A stretch of DNA of 64,000 bases from Epithemia pelagica (Eukaryota; Protista; Bacillariophyta): the NCBI GenBank assembly GCA_946965045.2, contig OX337231.1:930001-994000 (forward strand), written 5' to 3'. Each line of letters opens with the position of its first letter. Position 1 is the stretch's first letter. Position numbers and translations under genes: made by a program. The notes beneath the pieces were generated by a model that saw nothing but the letters and a program-made list of their open reading frames with translations, was not told where the DNA came from and ran no database searches. Shown one piece after another: positions 32,276 to 42,364 of the stretch.

Positions 32276-33553
32276 TCACAGGTGACTCATTGGGTGATCA
32301 AAATAGTAGAGTGTATTGCTGCTGTTCGTTCCAAACCCCAACGGCAATGTTTGATGCTTTAACAGGAGAACGCTGCCATCGTCATCTCCAGTGTTTTTCC
32401 CGGATTCGACTATTCGAGTATGCTGCTTAGAAGCTTGCAAGACAGCTCGATTCAATTCTGTCATAGTGGGAGACTTAGCCCATGCCTCTTGATTACAATA
32501 GTCTTCCACCGACATCCACTGAATCGCAGCAATTTCATCTGGACAGGCTTTCAATAGATTGCTCCCATCAATGTCCGTTCTTGGATCGTAATCATCAGGA
32601 AGTTTGAGCGTCATTTGACAAACGAAAAACAGATCCGAGCTGGATCTGGATCCACTACGACTACTGTGGGCTTGCCGGATAAGAATAATTCCACGACATT
32701 GACCGGTCAATCCAGTTTCCTCAAAGAGCTCGCGTTCCGCAGCTTTGTGAACGTCTTCACCCGGATCCGACAATCCAGTACACATTTTCCATAACCCCAG
32801 AGACGCTGCAGGTCCAGTCTTTTCTTGAACCACCAACATTTTCGAATGGTCCCAAGGGCAGAAAATGATACACCCAACTCCTACCTGATGGGTGGGTCCC
32901 AAAGGCAATTTGTTTGTTTTATCTGTAGGAAGCCATCGGTTCAGTATCAAGCGGCTTTTCTCGTGAACCGTGTGAAACTCGAATTCCAACGAGGTTGCGA
33001 CGGGTATTAACGCAGAGTGCTGAATAGGGCAATGAATCCAAATACCTTTCTTCCCTTGATCTTTCCATTGTTCCAGCGCAGTAACTAGTCTTTGCTCAAA
33101 GGTTATTGGATCCAGTAACAGCTCTTGGTCCTTTTCGTCACATTTTTCCAAGTGCATAGTGACTCCGTTGTAATCGTCATAGCGAAGTATTGTTTCCGGA
33201 AAAGGTGCCGATGGCCCGTTCGTCTCGTTATTTTCGGATGATGCCATTGTATGCGGATTAGATCGACCGGAAGCGAGCCGAATCAAGTTCTTCAGATGAG
33301 TTGCTTGAAATCTCTTGGCAACAAGGCGCTCCGATTGTTCTAAAGAGTTGAAAGCAAGCACACTTTCGCCAACCGTAACTGGTCGAGTGTAGATTTGACG
33401 TTGTCCTTGGCACGTCTGGGATGAAGGATGGCCCCAGATGAAGGAATCGACTTGACTAAAGAATAGATTCGATGTGAACAGAAGAGCTAGCAGTAGACAA
33501 CGTTGAAACCCTGCAAGACACTGATGGTTACAGTAAGGTCGAGGAAGATTCAT
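32276..33553 (-). CDS. Nudix hydrolase (NUDT6/AtNUDX8-like) with a signal peptide, possibly plastid-targeted
   Basis: Nudix box TGLSDPGEDVHKAAERELFEETGL; family motifs GKKGIWI and LPLGPTHQVGVG; N-terminal LLLALLFTSNLFFSQVDS-F. Confidence 0.85.
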   Translation of the reverse strand: MNLPRPYCNHQCLAGFQRCLLLALLFTSNLFFSQVDSFIWGHPSSQTCQGQRQIYTRPVTVGESVLAFNSLEQSERLVAKRFQATHLKNLIRLASGRSNPHTMASSENNETNGPSAPFPETILRYDDYNGVTMHLEKCDEKDQELLLDPITFEQRLVTALEQWKDQGKKGIWIHCPIQHSALIPVATSLEFEFHTVHEKSRLILNRWLPTDKTNKLPLGPTHQVGVGCIIFCPWDHSKMLVVQEKTGPAASLGLWKMCTGLSDPGEDVHKAAERELFEETGLTGQCRGIILIRQAHSSRSGSRSSSDLFFVCQMTLKLPDDYDPRTDIDGSNLLKACPDEIAAIQWMSVEDYCNQEAWAKSPTMTELNRAVLQASKQHTRIVESGKNTGDDDGSVLLLKHQTLPLGFGTNSSNTLYYFDHPMSHL

Positions 33554-34037
33554 TAACAGTGCTCAAGAGTCGTTCTTGTCACCGTCGACTCCACTAATGC
33601 GCTCTGGGATTGGGATATGGATGGAAGTCTGTGACTCATTCCAGCTTTGCGTTCACAGCAAAATCGTAATATCCGGGTTGGGTAGATATTATTTTTAGTC
33701 TTGTACAATGTCTGACGTACGCGTATTTATGGTGAACGCGTTCGGACTTGTTTGACCGCGGAAGCATGCGTACCCAATTATGGTCTTGGTTTGCCGCAGA
33801 CCCAACCGAAGAGTTAATACCGGTCAGACACGGGTCAACGACGGACACTATGAACCGCAACGGATCGACCACAATCGCTGAACTACCCATTCAATGATAC
33901 TCCTATTAACCTAGCGAAAGCGATCAGACGATGAGATATGAGATATGAGAAGATTACCAACGCAAGTCGATGAACTTGCTCAAAGAGGAACAAGTTGACT
34001 ATCTCCTTTCAAAAAACTCCTCCTCATTCTAAGAATA

Positions 34038-34511
34038 ATGGTGACCCAAACTGACCGTAAGCTTCCAAGCGATGTTGCTTCGACTGAGGAAATGCAAGTA
34101 AAAGAAGATATCTCTCAGAGCTCGTTGGAAAAAATGAAGACTCAGGTAACCATGGAAGTTGAAAAGTCAGTGCAAGCTACTAGAGATGTTGCTTTGATTC
34201 AAGAGGAACTGCGCGAGATTAAAGATTCCCCAAAGTCCCCAAAGTATTCGTTGGAACAAATGAAGGAAGAGATTTCTAAGGAAGTTGAGAAGTCAATGCA
34301 AACCACAAAAGAGGAGCTCCAGGCCATGAAAAAGTCTCTCGAAGAAGCGTGCGCCGCCAAGGCAAGAGCACATCAGAGGAGAAAGGAGCTTCACAGTATC
34401 AAGAAGCAATTGGAAGAAATCCGTAGGGAATTTCAAGACAGTTCAGAGAACAAACCGGACGAAACCCCAGTTGCAACCGATGCGGTACCAGATGCTCCTG
34501 TATCCGACTGA
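34038..34511 (+). CDS. Short coiled-coil protein paralogous to the N-terminus of 35200-37755
   Basis: Internally duplicated motif (SLEKMKTQVTMEVEKSVQATR / SLEQMKEEISKEVEKSMQTTK) aligns with LDALKGEITEEVEKSMQSTRK...LSAAKTRAKQRQGQLRSIRK of the next gene. Confidence 0.6.
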   Translation: MVTQTDRKLPSDVASTEEMQVKEDISQSSLEKMKTQVTMEVEKSVQATRDVALIQEELREIKDSPKSPKYSLEQMKEEISKEVEKSMQTTKEELQAMKKSLEEACAAKARAHQRRKELHSIKKQLEEIRREFQDSSENKPDETPVATDAVPDAPVSD

Positions 34512-35199
34512 TAATGCGATTTCAAAAAGAAATGATGTCGTAATATGGTGGCAATTGTTATCGAGCGTGGCTGCGAAGGAAGCAAAGAGGCCCACTTTCT
34601 GCATTCTGCATAAGAGAAAAACAACTTAGGTGACGAAGTCAGTGTCAATACATGGCACAGAGCAATTCCCGGGAATATTGAGGGCACTGACAACGATATT
34701 AGTATTTGTAGAGACAACATCTTTTTCCAACCACTGCCTGCTCAGTATCTGCTGCGCTGAGGTCATTGTCTAGCAGACGGCCTACGCAAAAGGCATAGTT
34801 GAAGAGGGGAGTCATGTGGAATTGCCATCACATTCACGTAGACATGGGTCTCATGATCTCATCGTCGCATGTCCCGATCATTTTGTGGGAGAGCAATTCG
34901 GAAGCGACGAGCGTCCGTCGTCCGTCCGGTATAGAGAACACGACACACGACATGACAGCGACATGTCTCAATTCACTATAATGTACTACATGCTCTACAC
35001 TTATTAAGAATATACACTCCGAAGCTGCATCACGCCGGCCGACCTACATTGAATGGTCGCTCTTCGCATCGTCGCACAAAATCATCGCCAATCGACCTGA
35101 GACTTTCGCAAAAAACCAAGAGACAAGACCAACCCATTCAAGTGCATGGACCATGCAAACAACAAGAAGCCCTCTCATTCATTCAATTAAGTTCTAATC

Positions 35200-37755
35200 A
35201 TGGTGAAACATTTCACTCTGACTCCACGTAGTGCTATCCGATCAATCCGCCAACAAGTGAGGGAACTTCGGGAGCAAGATGACGCCCCGGAAGATCCTAC
35301 GACAACGTTCCTCGATGCTCTCAAGGGAGAGATCACAGAAGAAGTGGAGAAGTCAATGCAATCTACTCGGAAAGATATAATAAAAATGAAGCAGTCACTC
35401 GAGCAACTCAGTGCTGCCAAGACAAGAGCAAAACAGCGACAAGGACAACTCAGAAGCATACGAAAAGACGTGGAAGAGATGCGGATTGAGCTAAATCGAA
35501 AAAGCTCGAGACTACAAGCACTAGAGGAGGGGAGACACCAGCGGGCTTCATCATCGAGACGTTCTCGTCCACCCAGACCCGAGGGAATCATTGCAGCCTC
35601 CGAATCTGTGTTAAACGATGGACCACAATCAGCCAAATCTAGCAAAAGACCAGGAACGGCACACGAAGCCGCAAGAAAAAATCTAGAGCTAGTACGCTCA
35701 AAAATCGATGAAAAAGCTGTGTTTTCTGAAAGGAAAAGCAAGGTGGAGGTTGAAGGTATCAAAGCCGCAGTGAAGTCAATCCAGTCTCGTCAATTGGACT
35801 CAAAAACCAGCGAAGAACTCGGGGAGATAAAAAATGAGCTCGCCTTGATCAAAGAGCAGTTGCAAGAACGTGAAGAGGCTTCAAAGATAATGAAAGAGCT
35901 CGGAGATCTGAAAAAGGAACTTGAGCAGTTGGTAAACAATGGCAAGAAGCGTAGTCAAGATGAAGGAGACAGCTCCTCGGAAGCTACAGAAACGACCACG
36001 ATCACTGGAAAAGCATCTTCCACGTCTTCAAACAACAGCGAACAGGATGATTTCTTCATTTTATCAAGTGAGGACGATCAGATGACTCATGGAGATCGGA
36101 CCGATCGCCATGCGGCCCAAAACTCTAGGGCCCAAGACATTGAAGAGCTCCAGAAACGATTTGAGCAACAGCTACGAGCATCAGAGGGCCGGACATGGCT
36201 TGAGCTGCATTCCGTTAAAAACCTCGTGGCAGAGATCAATCTACGAAAAATAATGTCTGCAAAGCGGAGGGATGCGGATGGAAGAGATATAATAGCGATG
36301 CGAGCAGAACTGGAATCTATGAAGAAGTATCTGAAACTTCGACGAGGTCTTTCAACCAAAGTCAGAAAGGAGCTTGAGACCATGAAGGTCGAGTTGGAGG
36401 AAGAACTTGCGGACGCATCAAATAAAAGCATGGAAGAAATTTCGTCCTTGAAGCAAAACGTAGCTTTGTTGGCAGAAAAAAGTGCTCGACTGGAAGAAAA
36501 TGAAAGAAAAGCGGGAAGTAAAGTCAAGCGAGAACTGGCAGCATTGCGGAAAAACTTGGATTCCAAGGCCCAAGTCGAAGAGGATCTGGAGTTTATCAAA
36601 ACCGAACTTGAATCTCGTATAGAGGCACTTGATGCCAATGATATGGAAGAATTGAACGATGTGAAGAAAATTGTTGAAGACATTCACCCGGGGAGCTTTG
36701 ATGTCTGGAACGACGGTGAGTGGAAAATGCTAACAAAAGGAGTTGGAGGCTTGAAAGAGAAACTTATTGAAGAACGCGATGGAGATGGTGGGCATGTCAA
36801 GAAAGGAATGGACATGGATGGAACAACAGCACCCACTCCTGAAGAATCGGACACTGACGTGGACACTGGAGATGCCCCCGCTAAGGAAACACTAAGAACA
36901 GTGGAAGAAAGCGAGGAAAATGATGATGTCGACGACGACAATGTTTCATATAGTGGACATGATGAGATTGTTGTTGTCAGAAATCCTCCCTCGGTCGCAA
37001 GTCAAAAAGGGGAGGGAAAACAACGGCCAAGGCTAGGTACAATCAACGACTCCTCGTCATACCCACGAGATACCATCGAAGACGCTTCGCGGGAGAGCAA
37101 GTTAAAAAGTTTGTTTGGTTGTATATTGCGAAGTCATCATATTGTGCGATCTCCGTGTCGCAGTGAGCGACATGCTGGTTTTCCACCCCGGGGTCTACCG
37201 CCCACAACAACAAGTAGTCAGAAACACGGCAACCCCACGTCCCTCCCACCCATGGCGGATCGCATCATATCCGTCGAAAGCGAAGTAATTCCAAGCCTTT
37301 CTCATTACTCCGAGTGCAGTGGCAGTGATTCTCAGGACGATCCACCGTCTCTCGGTGCATCCACATCTTCGAGCACCGAGATTCTTGTCAACAAGCAAAG
37401 TGACGAGGTCGAAGCAAGATTTACTTCACCAAGATTGGCCACTAGCTCCACGATATCGACTCCCCGTGCCTCCAACCGAACATCCAATGGATCGTCTCCG
37501 GTACACCAACAGAATCAAAGGACCAAAAGAACTGGAAAGGACGACGATTCCTCTTCATCCGGTCTGATTGACGCACTGTTTGCCAAATTGCGACAACAAC
37601 AACAAACGGCCTCGACCTGCGGGCTGGGCGCATCGGACAGCTCGGATTCCGTGGAAGATGTACTCATCACGGTATACACAAATCCGCGGGTTCCATCGCA
37701 ACTGGTCTTGAAAGATGGTGGTGAGGTGGAAACGATTGTCGAAAACAAGGTTTGA
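35200..37755 (+). CDS. Helical-repeat / coiled-coil protein without an ankyrin head, related to the rod of 28399-32034
   Basis: 851-aa ORF with units such as IKAAVKSIQSRQLDSKTSEELGEIKNELALIKEQLQERE and DIHPGSFDVWNDGEWKML; ends GGEVETIVENKV*. Confidence 0.75.
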   Translation: MVKHFTLTPRSAIRSIRQQVRELREQDDAPEDPTTTFLDALKGEITEEVEKSMQSTRKDIIKMKQSLEQLSAAKTRAKQRQGQLRSIRKDVEEMRIELNRKSSRLQALEEGRHQRASSSRRSRPPRPEGIIAASESVLNDGPQSAKSSKRPGTAHEAARKNLELVRSKIDEKAVFSERKSKVEVEGIKAAVKSIQSRQLDSKTSEELGEIKNELALIKEQLQEREEASKIMKELGDLKKELEQLVNNGKKRSQDEGDSSSEATETTTITGKASSTSSNNSEQDDFFILSSEDDQMTHGDRTDRHAAQNSRAQDIEELQKRFEQQLRASEGRTWLELHSVKNLVAEINLRKIMSAKRRDADGRDIIAMRAELESMKKYLKLRRGLSTKVRKELETMKVELEEELADASNKSMEEISSLKQNVALLAEKSARLEENERKAGSKVKRELAALRKNLDSKAQVEEDLEFIKTELESRIEALDANDMEELNDVKKIVEDIHPGSFDVWNDGEWKMLTKGVGGLKEKLIEERDGDGGHVKKGMDMDGTTAPTPEESDTDVDTGDAPAKETLRTVEESEENDDVDDDNVSYSGHDEIVVVRNPPSVASQKGEGKQRPRLGTINDSSSYPRDTIEDASRESKLKSLFGCILRSHHIVRSPCRSERHAGFPPRGLPPTTTSSQKHGNPTSLPPMADRIISVESEVIPSLSHYSECSGSDSQDDPPSLGASTSSSTEILVNKQSDEVEARFTSPRLATSSTISTPRASNRTSNGSSPVHQQNQRTKRTGKDDDSSSSGLIDALFAKLRQQQQTASTCGLGASDSSDSVEDVLITVYTNPRVPSQLVLKDGGEVETIVENKV

Positions 37756-38643
37756 GTCGACGTGCCCTTTTAGTAGTGTCATCATTGTCGCCGGCGTAGA
37801 GCATCCCATCGAGGCAGTTCATCATCAGATCCAGGAAAATGCTTTTGTGTTTACATTATTAATAATATCGGAGAGCATGGTTTATACACCGTAGATATAA
37901 GTTTTATGATAGCGTTTCTTATATTGTACGACGTGATGAAATATTTTTTCCTGCAAGCGGGGTAATCTTACACCTACCATGAAAGGATGTCAAAGAGGTT
38001 GTTTGTTGTTTGTACTGCTACATCTCTAAAGGCATGGGAAAGGAATTATGATCAGAACATCAATGGTCCCATGGTCCCATCAATGGTCCCATCCAAGTGC
38101 TTACTGCATTTGTTCCTAGAGTTCCGAGGGCACATAGCAGGGGTAGCCTCGCAACACGTACACAACACGGGCTGTCGTGCTGCACTCTGGCTTGCTTGTG
38201 CAAGCACACGAAGGAGCGTGTCAGAACTTCAAAGGGCGACACAGCAAAGACACCAGTGAGGGTAAGTTCCCACGTGCAGTCCATACGCCAATCTCGTATG
38301 GGACTTACTCCCATTCAGTGATCGTGAGACTTATTATCGAGAGATGTATTTGTGAGAGAAATAGAGTGACGGGTATGGAATTCGGATGCAAATTGAGACT
38401 TATAAAACATCAAAATGCCTTCTATACGTCTTGTAAACGTTTTTGAACCATTTGGTCCATGCGCGCACTGGACACAAGTTCTGTGCTTGGTGCTTGGGAA
38501 AACTCGGATGATGCCAATCGTTCGAGCAAAACATCGCCGACATTTGCTCCTTGACAGAACACCAAGTCCAGCACTAAAAGTAGAGTCATTCATCGACATC
38601 CTCATAACAACCCTTTAGTACAAGAAGAAATCCAATTGCAGCT

Positions 38644-39501
38644 ATGAACGCCTTGGGATCCAGATTATCGTCGCCAACCTTTTTCCTGTCGGTATTCTTG
38701 TTGCTGTGCTTGTCGTCGTCGTCGAGCGACGCTTTTCATGCAACACCACCTTCCCGAGGACGCACCAATATCGGGAGAAACACACCTCAAGTAGTGGTCC
38801 CTCGATGGGATGCATCTTCTCCCAATGACAGCAATAATCGAGGGGCGGCCAGCACATCATTGGCAGCCGCCGAACAATTGAGACAAGATTGGATCCATCG
38901 CAGCGTCGCATACTATTCCAAAGTCATGCGAGAAGAACGTCGAAAGAATTTGGGTCAAGTACTGGAGGAAGATTTGGAAAACCCCGCCTACCAAGATCGA
39001 TACATGACACTCGCCTCACGACATTACTTTGCCTTGAGAAAAATCAAGGATGGCAAGCCGCGTCACGCCGAAGTCATTTATCGTCGTATTATTGACAACT
39101 TGTTGTTGGAAGAAGATGACCACGAATGCGATCATGCCAATCTGGCCATTACGACATTGTTACTGGCCTTGCATTTGCAACGAACCGGTGCTTCGGCCAA
39201 ACAAACGAGGTCCGTCTTTTTGACCTTTTTTCGTGTCGTGTCCTTGGCCGATGAGGACAAGGAATGTGCCTGCAGTGCCAAGGTCATTGGAGCCTTTGCC
39301 TTGTTTGAAATGAAGAAGGGTAACACACTCAAGAGCCTACAATTAGCACGCAGAGCATTTCAATTGGATCCTACCGTGATGCAACCACTGCTCAACTGGA
39401 AACAATTTCGCGATGCCGCTACGCTAAAAGAAATCCAATCCTCGAGACTGGCAGATGCTGCCACCAAGAAGGACCCAAACAGTTCTTCGCTACACCCATG
39501 A
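38644..39501 (+). CDS. Plastid-targeted TPR/HAT-like helical repeat protein
   Basis: Signal peptide ending SSSDA-F (ASAF-type) plus a Ser/Thr/Arg-rich transit peptide; helical repeat-like SAKVIGAFALFEMKKGNTLKSLQLARRAFQLDP. Confidence 0.6.
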   Translation: MNALGSRLSSPTFFLSVFLLLCLSSSSSDAFHATPPSRGRTNIGRNTPQVVVPRWDASSPNDSNNRGAASTSLAAAEQLRQDWIHRSVAYYSKVMREERRKNLGQVLEEDLENPAYQDRYMTLASRHYFALRKIKDGKPRHAEVIYRRIIDNLLLEEDDHECDHANLAITTLLLALHLQRTGASAKQTRSVFLTFFRVVSLADEDKECACSAKVIGAFALFEMKKGNTLKSLQLARRAFQLDPTVMQPLLNWKQFRDAATLKEIQSSRLADAATKKDPNSSSLHP

Positions 39502-40154
39502 CAAAACAGAAACTGGCAACTGTAGAATCCTCCTCCCTCATAGATGCAACTATTAGCAATGTAACTACAGATGATATAAAATGAGTGCAACTCCAAACTC
39601 CGAAAAACTCCCTCCTTGAATCGGCGATTTGTGTGCTCCTAAGATGCGACTTAGAAGCGTTTCAGAGCGACTCAAAAGTCACACCATCCGGCAAAAAGCA
39701 AATTTTGCCGGGTTGCCGCCTTCCTTGTTGCAGTGATTGCGGTGATTGTTTATCTTCTTCTTCCATTCGACAACAGCTCGACAAACATTCTTTTCCAGGG
39801 GACCTGCTCCAGTGTCCATGAAGTAGAGATCAAACACGAGGGGTATCACATCGCAACCATTCCTTGTCTCTGCAAAACCGAGGTTTGGATCGAGACGTGT
39901 GTGTCACGGTTTCTACCTGTAGTTTCGTGTGTGGTTATTCTTCTTATCGGGCGCAACCTCGGTCATCTCCTCGCACGGTTGTTGGAAGTGTGGTTCTTGG
40001 TGGATTTGGTTTGGTGTGTGTCGAGTGCAACCGACAATCAAGTGAGTGACTGAGATACCGGCGGCCAAAAAACTGCTGCTGGTGTAAAATTCCAAACAAA
40101 AACTACAAGAGGTGTTTCCGTTTCCCGTCCTGTGGGCAAGACACACTCACACTC

Positions 40155-42269
40155 ATGGAGGATACGCAACAACTGCCACAAGAGGCGGACGAGGAGCATG
40201 TTCAGGATCGAGCCAGTTCCGTGTCGGGAGAACGAATGGACCACACGGCAACAACTGGGATGATGACAGAGTTGACTTCTTCTTCTTCTTCCGAAACGAA
40301 CCAGCAAACAAAGGACAATAGTGACCTTTTGCTTGCCAACGATGATGATTGTGTGGAACCCAACAATACCGGGGGTACTGCAGTGAAGCAGGATCAAGCG
40401 GAACAACAGGAAGAGGAACCAGTATGGAATGAAAGATCATCCACGGATGAGGAGTCCACTCTTCCTTTCTCAAGTCTTACCGAAAGTCCCCGAACCGAAG
40501 GAGAAGAAGGCTCGACAAATGTTGTGACTGTGGAAACACCAGAGAGTGACAACAGTGAAGAAGAAGGTACACGTGTCGCTTCTCCTGCTTTATTCGAGGA
40601 AGAAGAAATTATTGATTCCGACCAAGAAGAAGCTGTAGATTCCGACCAAGACACGGGTGGTGGCCAATCGGAAACGACCTTGTCTTCGGATATGGTGCTT
40701 CTTCGAAGTATCGAACAGCAAATACAACAACGGCAGCAGGAACAGCAACGGCTGCAACAGCAGCAACAACAACAATCAATACGTGGCACGGGGATCGAGT
40801 TTGGACCCCCACCACGGCAACGTTCGGTCTTGACTATCCTGTGTATGCCGGTCATGTTCATGTTTTCCTTCGTGATGATAATGATGATCCTTGTCTTTAT
40901 GGGATTGCCACTGGCCGTCTTTCTGCTTTGTCTGTTGATGGCCTACTACTGTTGCACGTCCGACCCCTTACCTCCTCGAGTCTTGTTACGGGCACTCATG
41001 GACAGCGACGATTGGAATGCTACCATGGCTTCTGCCAATGGATTGCATGGACCAACGCATCGAAGATTTGCCAACAAGAAGGAAATTGAAAAGGAGTTGA
41101 TTCAACGAATATGTCTAGGATCCATATCCGTAGGTCCCGACAATGATGATCAGAAGCAACAGATTGGAGAATGTATACAATCTGTGGATCATGCATACCC
41201 TGGCCGGGTACATGTTCGATACGAACAGGACATAATAAAACAGGAGGGAGAATTTGATTGTCTGGTGTTCTCCACGCCACTGGTATGGGAAGAAGGCGGT
41301 GGTTCCGACAGCAACGATGCCAACAACAGAAAAAAGATGAATGATTCGGTGCAAGATGAACTGAATCAATTCAAAACGCTTTCTTCAGCTGCAAGTGGTG
41401 GTGGGAAGGGTAACGAGTCTTCCGACATTGAGCAAGCCACAGGAGGAGGGGAGCCACACTCACAATCACCAGATACCTCACTGCACCCTCAAGTATCGGA
41501 GACGATGCAGGACGAACCTGATAGCCTCCATGACAATGTGGCTGTAGACAACGCCAACGACGAAGAGACCATGGCGTCGGTACGGCAGCGAGGGACATGC
41601 TGCGACATTTGTTTGTTGGAATTTGAACCGGGTGATGTCATTGCATGGAGCACGAATCGAAAATGTGGTCATGCCTATCATTCCGATTGCATCGCGGACT
41701 GGCTCGTGAGACAACCCACATGTCCGTCGTGTCGACAAGAATATTTACCACTCTCACCATCTTCCTCGGAAAATGGCACTTGCGGAAGATCGCCATTGGA
41801 TGAAGCAGATGAAGGCGAGGAAATTGGAGAAGGAGATGGTGGGGAAGCAGAAGGGGAATTAATGTGGTCGTCATCATCATCGTCATCTTCCTCCTCTTCA
41901 TCGTCGTCTTCATCGTCATCCTCTTCCACATCTTTGTCATCGTCCCATCCCACTACAACGAACAACGACAGTAGCAATACCATGAACGATTCAGTCAGTT
42001 CTGAGGAGGCTGGTGACATAATACGTTCAAGTTCTCCAGATGCTGGACACTCATTGTCAACTGAAACAACACCTTCAAGTACTGGGGACATTGAGAGTGG
42101 GTGCGTAGACTCGGATGCGAACGAGACAGTGTGCGTTGTGTCTCTGGATGCGCCACAATGCCAGACGGCCACAACAAACGACGACGAAGATATCAGCACT
42201 AACGCTAATGTCCAACCGCCAAGTTCTGGTGAGATATGTCCTCCCATGGATGAAACCAATGATCCATGA
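40155..42269 (+). CDS. Transmembrane RING-H2 E3 ubiquitin ligase-like protein
   Basis: Hydrophobic segment VLTILCMPVMFMFSFVMIMMILVFMGLPLAVFLLCLLMAYYCC; RING-H2 CDICLLEF...CGHAYHSDCIADWL...CPSCR; poly-Ser tract. Confidence 0.85.
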   Translation: MEDTQQLPQEADEEHVQDRASSVSGERMDHTATTGMMTELTSSSSSETNQQTKDNSDLLLANDDDCVEPNNTGGTAVKQDQAEQQEEEPVWNERSSTDEESTLPFSSLTESPRTEGEEGSTNVVTVETPESDNSEEEGTRVASPALFEEEEIIDSDQEEAVDSDQDTGGGQSETTLSSDMVLLRSIEQQIQQRQQEQQRLQQQQQQQSIRGTGIEFGPPPRQRSVLTILCMPVMFMFSFVMIMMILVFMGLPLAVFLLCLLMAYYCCTSDPLPPRVLLRALMDSDDWNATMASANGLHGPTHRRFANKKEIEKELIQRICLGSISVGPDNDDQKQQIGECIQSVDHAYPGRVHVRYEQDIIKQEGEFDCLVFSTPLVWEEGGGSDSNDANNRKKMNDSVQDELNQFKTLSSAASGGGKGNESSDIEQATGGGEPHSQSPDTSLHPQVSETMQDEPDSLHDNVAVDNANDEETMASVRQRGTCCDICLLEFEPGDVIAWSTNRKCGHAYHSDCIADWLVRQPTCPSCRQEYLPLSPSSSENGTCGRSPLDEADEGEEIGEGDGGEAEGELMWSSSSSSSSSSSSSSSSSSSSTSLSSSHPTTTNNDSSNTMNDSVSSEEAGDIIRSSSPDAGHSLSTETTPSSTGDIESGCVDSDANETVCVVSLDAPQCQTATTNDDEDISTNANVQPPSSGEICPPMDETNDP

Positions 42270-42364
42270 GGAAACAGTTACTTCTTTTGCTATGCTTGTA
42301 TAGAGGATGTTACCAACATAAATAAATAAATGAATTATACTACACTTTTAACGTTTTACACAAT

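Noticed and set aside
38058-38092. caatggtccc/atggtccc micro-repeat
   Set aside because: Simple local slippage repeat with no further structure.
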